Source: an uncultured delta proteobacterium (lineage in GTDB: Bacteria > Myxococcota > Myxococcia > Myxococcales > Myxococcaceae). From it: a DNA stretch of 64,000 bases. The notes beneath the pieces were generated by a model. It had not been told where the DNA came from and ran no database searches. It was given only the letters and a program-made list of their open reading frames with translations. Within the stretch, counting starts at the first letter, position 1, and each line of letters begins with the position of its first letter. The position numbers and the translations under genes were made by a program. Below, one piece after another: positions 56,931 through 64,000 of the stretch. The DNA lies in assembly GCA_963796055.1 (NCBI GenBank), contig CAWCKH010000004.1, forward strand, positions 1,088,001-1,152,000, read 5' to 3'.

Positions 56931-58244
56931 TCACTGCGCCGTGGTGGCGCGATCCAGCGCGACCCTGGCGATGGTCCGCTCGTAGCGCGCCCGGGCGAGA
57001 TTGAGCCTGGCGGTGGTCAAGGCAGACTGCGCGTCGAGCAGGTCGGTGGTGGTCGCCGTGCCGGCGGAGACCTGAGCGTTGGTGACCCGGTACGCCTCGT
57101 CGGCGCTGGCGATCGCCGTCTCCGCCACCTCCACCGCCACGAACTGCGCCTCCAGCTGCGCGGACTTGCTCGCCACGTCGTAGGCCACCTGCTTGCGGGT
57201 GTTCTCCAGCAGCGACGCGGACGCGTCGGCTTGCCGCTGCGCACTCTGCGCCGCGTACCACTTCGTGCCCCAGGTGAAGAACGGCCAGCTGGTCACCACC
57301 CCGATGAAGGAGCTGTTCTCCGGCTGGAAGACCTGCCCCTTCACGTTGCTGTAGGCCGCCTGCACGTCCACCTCCGGGAGCAGCTCCCACATGCGGGCTT
57401 GCCCGTTGGCCCGCGCCGCCTCCGCGTCCTTCTGTGCCCGCTGCACCTCGGGGCGATTCTGGAGCGCGCGGTTGATCAGAGCATCGTTCGTGCCCTCGGG
57501 CCGCACCCCCGCCTGTCGCTCGAGGTCCACCGGCTCCACGAACTCCACCGAGGGGTCCTCGGGATTCCGGGCCAGCAGGGTGAGCAGCGCCTGCCGCGCG
57601 GTCTGGGCCAGTGTGGCCGCCAGGATCCGCTGCTGCTGGGCGTTGGCCACCGCGGTCACGAACCGGAGCAGGTCGGCCTTGGTGATGGTGCCCGCGTTGT
57701 ACCGGGCCTGCGCATCCTGCACCTGCTTCTGCAGCTGCTCGATGCTCGCCTCGGCGATGGCCACTCCGGCCCTGGCCTCGAACAGGTGCAGGTAGGTGGT
57801 GCGGACCTGCTCGGCGATCTGCGACTGGGCATCCGCCTGGTCCGCGCGGCTGGCGTCCGCCGAGGCGCTTGCCGCATGAAGGTCCCGCTCCCGGTGCAGC
57901 AGCCCGAGGATCGGCTGCTGGGCGGCGACGGTGAAGACGTTGGTGTTGATGTTCCTGGCGACCACGCCCGGACTAGTGGTGCCGGGGGGAGCCAGCGAGA
58001 TGACGAAGGGACCGTCCCAGTGCTGCCAGGTGTCGCTGGCGTTCAGCACCGGGAGGAGCCGCCCCCGGGCGCTGCGCGCGGTGTCCTCCGCCCCCTCGGC
58101 GCGGAAGCGGACGGCCCGGAGCTGATCGTTCACCCGCATCGCCTCGTTCACCGCCTCGTCGATGGTGAGCGTCTGCGGACCCTCGGCCAGCACCGCCGCC
58201 GAAGCGAGAAGCGCGGCTGCAATGAGCGGTCGAATCAAGGACAC
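56931..58244 (-). CDS. TolC-family outer membrane efflux protein
   Basis: Signal peptide; ARYNAG..DLL and GTATTTDLLDAQ repeats. Confidence 0.88.
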   Translation of the reverse strand: MSLIRPLIAAALLASAAVLAEGPQTLTIDEAVNEAMRVNDQLRAVRFRAEGAEDTARSARGRLLPVLNASDTWQHWDGPFVISLAPPGTTSPGVVARNINTNVFTVAAQQPILGLLHRERDLHAASASADASRADQADAQSQIAEQVRTTYLHLFEARAGVAIAEASIEQLQKQVQDAQARYNAGTITKADLLRFVTAVANAQQQRILAATLAQTARQALLTLLARNPEDPSVEFVEPVDLERQAGVRPEGTNDALINRALQNRPEVQRAQKDAEAARANGQARMWELLPEVDVQAAYSNVKGQVFQPENSSFIGVVTSWPFFTWGTKWYAAQSAQRQADASASLLENTRKQVAYDVASKSAQLEAQFVAVEVAETAIASADEAYRVTNAQVSAGTATTTDLLDAQSALTTARLNLARARYERTIARVALDRATTAQ

Positions 58245-58260
58245 ACCTCCGGATCCTCGG

Positions 58261-59508
58261 TCACTGGTTCACGTGTACGGTCACCACCACCGACTGGCCG
58301 GCGCGGAGCGCGATGTCGGCGGGTACGGCCTCCAGCGTGATCCGCACCGGGATGCGCTGGGCCACCTTCACGAAGTTGCCGGTGGCATTGTCGGGGGGGA
58401 GCAGGGAGAAGCGGGCGCCGGTGCCGCCAGAGAGGCTCTCCACCTTCCCGTGCAGCGTCCTGCCGTAGGTGTCCACGTCGACGTCCGCGGGCTGACCGGG
58501 GTGCATCTTCCCGATCTGGGTCTCCTTGAAGTTGGCGGTGACGTACTTCCGCACCGGAACGAACTGGGCGACCGTCTGCCCGGTGGAGAGCAGCGCACCA
58601 GGGTGGGCGGTGATGCGGCTCACCGTCCCGTCACCGGGGGCGACGATTCGCGTCCACTCGAGGTTGAGCCTGGCCAGCGCCAGGGCGGCCTCTGCGCTCT
58701 TCACCCGCGCGTGCTGGTAGGCGGCGTTGGCCGTGGCCGCGGCGATGTTCGCGTCCACCGGACCGCTCACCACCAGCCGGCCTTCCGCCTCGTTCACCTG
58801 GGCCTGGGTGCGACGGAGCTGGTCCGCGGCGGCGTTCACCGCTGCCTGCGCGGCAGTCACTCCGGCCTCCGCGGACTGGAACTGGGCTTGCCACTGGTCG
58901 AACTGCTGCTGAGGAATGGCGTTCGCCTTCTGCAGCTCGCGGGCCCGCTCGATGTTCGACTGTGCCAGCTTGAGGTCCGCCTGGCGGCTGACCAGGGTCG
59001 CCCGCGCCTGTTCGAGCTGGGCCCGGGCCCCGGACACCGAACGGCTGCTGCCGACGAGGTTGGCCTGCGCCTGGGTGAGACCACCACGCGCCGCGGCGGC
59101 GGCGACCGCCACCTGGGCATCGGCCGCCGCGGCCTGGGCCTGGACGCTCTCCAGCTCGGCCTCGGCCTGCGCGACGCGCGCCTGGTAGTCCCGGTCATCC
59201 AGCTGGAGAACGACCTCGCCCTTCTTGACGCCCTGGTTCTCGGCCACCGGCACCGAGGCAACCAGCCCGGGGACGTGGGGTGCGAGCGGCACCACGTCGG
59301 CGTCGATCTGCGCGTCGTCGGTCCCCTCCTTCCCCGCGTTCAGCAGCAGATAGAGGAGCACCCCGAGGATCACCACCCCGGCCACGCCTCCGATGATCGT
59401 CAGCGCCCGGCGTTTCCTGGCGGCAGTGTCCGCCGCCGCTACGTCCTTGCTTTGCGCGTCCCGTGCCTGGACGTTCTCGGGCGCCCGCTCCACTGCGGCA
59501 TCGGCCAT
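58261..59508 (-). CDS. HlyD/EmrA-family membrane fusion protein
   Basis: TDDAQI, ANFKETQI, FSLLPPDNATGNFVKVAQRIPV. Confidence 0.93.
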   Translation of the reverse strand: MADAAVERAPENVQARDAQSKDVAAADTAARKRRALTIIGGVAGVVILGVLLYLLLNAGKEGTDDAQIDADVVPLAPHVPGLVASVPVAENQGVKKGEVVLQLDDRDYQARVAQAEAELESVQAQAAAADAQVAVAAAAARGGLTQAQANLVGSSRSVSGARAQLEQARATLVSRQADLKLAQSNIERARELQKANAIPQQQFDQWQAQFQSAEAGVTAAQAAVNAAADQLRRTQAQVNEAEGRLVVSGPVDANIAAATANAAYQHARVKSAEAALALARLNLEWTRIVAPGDGTVSRITAHPGALLSTGQTVAQFVPVRKYVTANFKETQIGKMHPGQPADVDVDTYGRTLHGKVESLSGGTGARFSLLPPDNATGNFVKVAQRIPVRITLEAVPADIALRAGQSVVVTVHVNQ

Positions 59509-59580
59509 CTGGTCGTCTCCCTCGGACCTCGACTGCGCGAGCGCTCGATAATGGCCACCAGGGAACGTGGCAAGCAGGTC

Positions 59581-59597
59581 ATACGTGACTTAACTAT
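59581..59597. promoter_or_regulatory. Putative MarR operator
   Basis: AT-rich imperfect palindrome ATACGT-N5-AACTAT between the divergent marR and efflux genes. Confidence 0.4.
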
Positions 59598-59647
59598 CCG
59601 TTGCGCACGACTCGCCGGTAGCTGACTGCTCGAAGGGATTCGTCGCT

Positions 59648-60220
59648 TTGGCCCTCCCCCGCCGCCCACCGTCGCTCGAGCGATACGAGGCCGCTCGCCG
59701 GCTGATGACCCGCGTTCGCGGAGCGGACCCGGAGGCCATCGACACCTGCCTGTGCCTGTGGCGCTTCTCCGAGGAGATGTCGGCCTCGTTCGAGGCGTTC
59801 TACGCTGCACACCACCTCTCCAGCGCCCGCGGCCACGTCCTGGCCCAGCTACTGGAGGCCGAGCGCGGGCTCACGCCAGCACAGCTGGCCGAGCGGGCCG
59901 GAACCACACCTCCGAGCATGACCGGCGTGCTCCGTTCCCTGGAGCGCAAGAGGCTGGTGAAGCGCAAGGCGATGTCGGAGGACCGGCGGTCGCAGTGCGT
60001 CTTTCTCACCGCGGCGGGACGACGCAGGATCGAGGCGCTGCTCCCGCTGATGGCGCGCCGGCTGGCCGAGCTCGCCGGCGCCCTGCCACCTACCGAGCGC
60101 AAGGCGATGCTCTCCGGCGCCCGCCGACTGTGGGAGCGAGCGCGCGCACTCTCCGCCCCGGAAGCAGCCACGAGCCGTCGGCACCGAAGCCACGGCCAGC
60201 ACCGGCGTCGGCGCGCCTAG
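59648..60220 (+). CDS. MarR-family regulator (start uncertain)
   Basis: LTPAQLAERAG..SMTGVLRSLERKRLV..EDRRS..LTAAG. Confidence 0.88.
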   Translation: MALPRRPPSLERYEAARRLMTRVRGADPEAIDTCLCLWRFSEEMSASFEAFYAAHHLSSARGHVLAQLLEAERGLTPAQLAERAGTTPPSMTGVLRSLERKRLVKRKAMSEDRRSQCVFLTAAGRRRIEALLPLMARRLAELAGALPPTERKAMLSGARRLWERARALSAPEAATSRRHRSHGQHRRRRA

Positions 60221-60690
60221 TGCGAAGGGGCGTTCTGCCCCTCGGCGGCGGGGAGCGCCTGGCGGTGGCACTGCACGCAGGTCTCCATCACGCTCCCGAA
60301 TGCCCCGGGGAGCTCCGAGTCCGGGCCACGCCGCGCGACGTCGGCCAGCGTGCGCGTGCGGGCGCGGAGCTGCGACTCCATCCTCTCCAGCGACTTGCGC
60401 GTGGTCGCACCTGCGTCCGCACCGGGCCAGGCGCCGAGCCCGGTGTCTCGTTCCAGCCCGGCCGCGAGCTCGGCCACCCTCGGCCGGTCGACCCGGAGCG
60501 TGGCGCTGGCCAGAGCGTCGAGCATCGCCCCGTGCCGCGACATCCGCCGGCGAAGGGCCGCCCGCCCGTCGTCCGGGGCGAGCTCGGGCGGCTGGGAGTC
60601 GTCCAGAGGCCGTGCGCCGCTCTGGGCGACCGCAAGCGCCGTCCCGAGCGACGCTCCAGCGACCACCGCGGCCATCAGCCACCTTCTCAT
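60217..60690 (-). CDS. Exported helical c-type cytochrome (cytochrome c'-like)
   Basis: Signal peptide, helical body, C-terminal CVQCH; ATGA overlap with the ATPase stop. Confidence 0.7.
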   Translation of the reverse strand: MRRWLMAAVVAGASLGTALAVAQSGARPLDDSQPPELAPDDGRAALRRRMSRHGAMLDALASATLRVDRPRVAELAAGLERDTGLGAWPGADAGATTRKSLERMESQLRARTRTLADVARRGPDSELPGAFGSVMETCVQCHRQALPAAEGQNAPSH

Positions 60691-63215
60691 GCCCGTCTCC
60701 TCGCTCGCGGAGTCCCCAGACGTCCGGTGAGCACCAGCGCCGCCACCAGCAGCACCGTGAGCCCGGCGGAGATCGCCAGGTCGTCGAGGTGCAGCGGCCC
60801 GAACTGGAAGACGCGTCGCAGTGGCGGCAGCGCCAGCACCAAGGTCAGCACGCCGATCGCCCCGCCGACCACCGCCCAGAACGCTGGATTCGGGACCTGG
60901 AACGAGCGCCACAACCCGCTGAGGTGCGCGCGGTGCGAGACGATGAGGCCGAGGTTCCCGAGCAGGAGCCCGCTGAAGGCGAGCGTGCGCGCATCGGTGA
61001 GGCCCCCGTGCTTCTGCAGGCCGAGCCAGAACCCCAGCGCCACCACCGCGAACACCGCCAGCCCCTCGGCCAGGCTGCGGAGGATCTCCCTCCTCCCCAT
61101 CAGCCGCCCCCCCGGCGAGCGCGGCGGCCGTTCCATCGCCCGGGGGTCACCAGGCTCCATCTCGAAGGCGATGGAACAGGCCGGATCGATGACCAGCTCG
61201 AGGAAGACGATGTGCACCGGAGTGAAGAGCATCGGCCAGCCGAAGAGCACCGGGAGCATCGCCATACCAGCGATCGGCACGTGGACCGCGAGCACGAAGC
61301 CCAGCGACTTCTGGAGATTGGTGTAGATGCGCCGGCCCGCCCGGATGGCGCCGACGATGGAGACGAAGTCATCGTCGAGGACCACCAGGTCCGCCGCCTC
61401 ACGGGCCACGTCGGTCCCCCGCCCTCCCATGGCCACCCCGATGTGGGCAGCCCGGAGCGCGGGCGCGTCGTTGACCCCGTCCCCGGTCATCGCCACCACC
61501 TCGCCCATGGACTGGAGCACCTCGACCAGGCGCAGCTTGTGGAGCGGCGCCACGCGGGCGAAGACCTGGGTCCCGGCCAGGGCGGAGCGGAGCGCGCCGT
61601 CGTCCAGCGACTCGAGCTGGGCGCCGGTGAGGAACCGGGAGGCGTCGATCCCCGCTTGCCGCGCGATGGCCAGCGCCGTGCTCGGATGGTCGCCGGTGAT
61701 GAGCATGACCCGGATGCCGGCACGACGGCACTCGGCCACCGCCTCCGGGACCCCGGGGCGGAGCGGGTCGGCGAAGGCGAGCAGGCCGAGCATCCGGAAC
61801 CGCAGCCCGCCGAGGTGCTCCGGGGCCGCAGCCGTCGCCAGGTCCGCCCGGGCAACCGCGAGCACCCGGAGCCCTCGCACGGCGAAGTCGTGCACCTGGG
61901 TATCCAGCGCGCGCCGTCGCTCCGCATCCCAGCCCGCCAGCGCGGCGACCGCCTCCGGAGCGCCCTTGGCAGCGATCACCACTCCGCGCCTTCCCGCGTG
62001 GGCGAAGGCCATCACCGGAAGCTCGGGGGTGAGCGGATACTCCCGGAGCACCGGACCGGCCGGGCCGCTGACGGCGGCAGCCCGGCCGAACTCCAGCGCT
62101 GCCTGGTCCATCGCATCGAAGCTCTCGCAAGGAGAGGCCAGCGCAGCGATCTCGCGGAGCTCAGCGACGGGGGCCGGTTCGTCGCCGGTCCGTCCGGGCA
62201 CGGCAGTGGTGAATTCCACCACCCGCATCCGGTTCTCGGTCAGGGTGCCGGTCTTGTCGGTGCAGAGCACCGTGGCCGCCCCGAGCGTCTCCAGCGCCGC
62301 CATCCGACGGGCGAGGACCTTGTTGCGCGCCATCCGGTACGCGCCGAGCGCGAGGAAGACGGTCACCACCACCGGGAACTCCTCCGGCAGCAGCGAGATC
62401 GCCAGGGTCAGGCCGGCGAGGAGGCCGCCCTTCCAGTCGGAACGTCCCAGGCCGTAGATGAGGAGCACCGCCCCGCAGCACGCCGCCGCGGCGAGAGCGA
62501 CCGCGCGCACCAGGCCCGAGAGCTGAAGCTTCAGCGGGCTCTCGGCGGAGGAGACCGATTCCAGCGCGCGGCCGATGCGGCCCACCTCGGTCCGGGCGCC
62601 CGTCGCGCCCACCACCGCCTCGGCACGACCGGCGACGACCAGGGTGCTCGCGTAGACGAAGGGCGTCTGACCTTCCCCGGGAGGCTCGAGGGGAATGGGC
62701 AGGGGAACGGCCCGCTTCCTGACCGCCAGCGACTCTCCGGTGAGCAGCGACTCGTTCACCTTGAGCCCGGTGGCCGAGACCAGCACCGCGTCCGCGGCCA
62801 CCCGGTCTCCTTCCTGCAGCAGGAGCACGTCTCCGGGGACCACCTCGGTCGCCTTGATCCGCAGCGCGCGGCCGTCCCGGCGAACCGAGGCCTGCGGGCT
62901 CGAGAAATCCTTGAGCGCCTGGAGCGCGCGCGCGGTCTTTCCCTCCTGGAGGAGGCTGATCGCGACCACCAGGACGACCGAGCCCCCGAGGATGAGCGCC
63001 TCGGAGAGGTCGCCGAACGCGACGTACACCCCGGCACAGATGACGAGCAGGAGCACCATCGGCTCCCGCACCACGTCGAGGAGCGTGCGCCACCATCCAC
63101 CCCCGCGGTCGGCACCCAGCGTGTTCGGCCCCACCTCGGCGAGCAAACGCCGCGCCTCGACGCTGCCCAGCCCCGGGTTGCCACCCACTGGTGCCACCTG
63201 TGCGGCGGTGTTCAC
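60687..63215 (-). CDS. Cation-translocating P-type ATPase (P2-like)
   Basis: LTGES, PEEFP, DKTGTLT, KGAPE, TGD, GDGVNDAP. Confidence 0.95.
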   Translation of the reverse strand: MNTAAQVAPVGGNPGLGSVEARRLLAEVGPNTLGADRGGGWWRTLLDVVREPMVLLLVICAGVYVAFGDLSEALILGGSVVLVVAISLLQEGKTARALQALKDFSSPQASVRRDGRALRIKATEVVPGDVLLLQEGDRVAADAVLVSATGLKVNESLLTGESLAVRKRAVPLPIPLEPPGEGQTPFVYASTLVVAGRAEAVVGATGARTEVGRIGRALESVSSAESPLKLQLSGLVRAVALAAAACCGAVLLIYGLGRSDWKGGLLAGLTLAISLLPEEFPVVVTVFLALGAYRMARNKVLARRMAALETLGAATVLCTDKTGTLTENRMRVVEFTTAVPGRTGDEPAPVAELREIAALASPCESFDAMDQAALEFGRAAAVSGPAGPVLREYPLTPELPVMAFAHAGRRGVVIAAKGAPEAVAALAGWDAERRRALDTQVHDFAVRGLRVLAVARADLATAAAPEHLGGLRFRMLGLLAFADPLRPGVPEAVAECRRAGIRVMLITGDHPSTALAIARQAGIDASRFLTGAQLESLDDGALRSALAGTQVFARVAPLHKLRLVEVLQSMGEVVAMTGDGVNDAPALRAAHIGVAMGGRGTDVAREAADLVVLDDDFVSIVGAIRAGRRIYTNLQKSLGFVLAVHVPIAGMAMLPVLFGWPMLFTPVHIVFLELVIDPACSIAFEMEPGDPRAMERPPRSPGGRLMGRREILRSLAEGLAVFAVVALGFWLGLQKHGGLTDARTLAFSGLLLGNLGLIVSHRAHLSGLWRSFQVPNPAFWAVVGGAIGVLTLVLALPPLRRVFQFGPLHLDDLAISAGLTVLLVAALVLTGRLGTPRARRRA

Positions 63216-63216
63216 G

Positions 63217-64000
63217 TCACTCCCGGACCGGGTGGACGACCAGCACGGGGCGGCGACAGCTCCGGACCACCCGCTCGGCAACGGAGCCGAGGGCAATGCG
63301 CTCGACGCCAGCGCGCCCGTGCGAGGCGAGACAGACCACGTCCGCATCGAGCCGCTCGGCAGCGGCGACAATCGCCTGGCTGGGGTCGCGCGCGCCGACG
63401 ACCTCGGTCCGGATCGGAACACCCGGCGGGTCTGGGGCGAGGCCGCGGAGGCGGGCGGCGATGGCGATCGCCTCCGAGGGCGCCGGCTCCTCCGCCTCCA
63501 CCACGTGGAGCAGATACACCTCGCCGCCGGCCACGCGCGCGAGTGCCAGACCGTGCGCCACAGCGACGACCGACGCAGGCGACAAATCCACCGCCACCAG
63601 CACCCGCCGCAGCTCGGGGATGTTCACCGGGATGGTCTCGACGTCACCGGGAACGAGGAGCACCGAGGTGCGCCCATGGTGCAGGACACCTTCCGACACC
63701 GAGGTGAGTCGCGCCAGGCCTCGGGCCCGGTGCGTGCCCACGACCACCAGATGGGCGGCGGAGCGCTCGGCGACGTCGAGCAGGTGGTCGGCCGTCCGCC
63801 CGAGCCCGAGCGTTGGATGGATCCCGACCGCGCCCTCCCCTCCCAGGGAGGACAGTCGCCGCTCGATGTCCCGCGCGACCAGGCGCTCCAGCTCCGGGTC
63901 CGGCGTGGTCCATGGTAACCGCGGGTGCAGCCCGTACCGGTCGTGCGTCCCGGGAGGCGAGTACACCTCGGCGGCAGTCACGTCGCAGCGTCCGGCAGCG
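63217..64000 (-). CDS. Multi-domain universal stress protein (5' end outside window)
   Basis: VVVGTHRARG..SVSE, RVLVAVDLS, SHGRAG..LGSVAERVVR..PVLVV. Confidence 0.9.
   Translation of the reverse strand, partial: AAGRCDVTAAEVYSPPGTHDRYGLHPRLPWTTPDPELERLVARDIERRLSSLGGEGAVGIHPTLGLGRTADHLLDVAERSAAHLVVVGTHRARGLARLTSVSEGVLHHGRTSVLLVPGDVETIPVNIPELRRVLVAVDLSPASVVAVAHGLALARVAGGEVYLLHVVEAEEPAPSEAIAIAARLRGLAPDPPGVPIRTEVVGARDPSQAIVAAAERLDADVVCLASHGRAGVERIALGSVAERVVRSCRRPVLVVHPVRE

Noticed and set aside
1..64000. IS elements, integrases, prophage genes, tRNA or rRNA
   Set aside because: No transposase, recombinase or phage motifs and no structural-RNA signatures recognised by eye; a covariance-model scan was not possible.

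Overview
High-GC, gene-dense chromosomal window whose gene content (orphan receiver domains, a myxobacterial-type sigma factor, lipoproteins, a Pro/Gln-rich protein) points to a Myxococcota bacterium; this placement is inferred. About 55 genes are recognisable. They include CheB-CheR, a MocR regulator, an M16 peptidase pair, a penicillin-acylase-family lipoprotein, RegB/RegA, OmpA/DUF4398, MscL, AsmA, ChrA, a DAACS symporter, an Xre/MbcA-RES toxin-antitoxin pair, xfp-ackA-cydAB, GalK, GST, a bufferin-type MNIO (DUF692) RiPP cluster, an alpha carbonic anhydrase, two debranching enzymes plus GT4, an EmrAB-TolC/MarR efflux locus and a P-type ATPase operon. The most unusual signal is a non-coding modular repeat family. 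One array has 19 copies of an 18-bp palindrome-containing core and starts at the base after the RES toxin TAG (29471-30003). A colinear, diverged copy starts at the base after the GST TAG (43281-43410). The two arrays face outward and bracket a 13.3-kb segment. The window also holds at least five gene relics, four collapsed by internal deletions and one 5'-truncated, plus a doubly frameshifted hybrid kinase. No rRNA, tRNA, CRISPR array, integrase or transposase was recognised. All family calls rest on motif recognition by eye; no searches were run.
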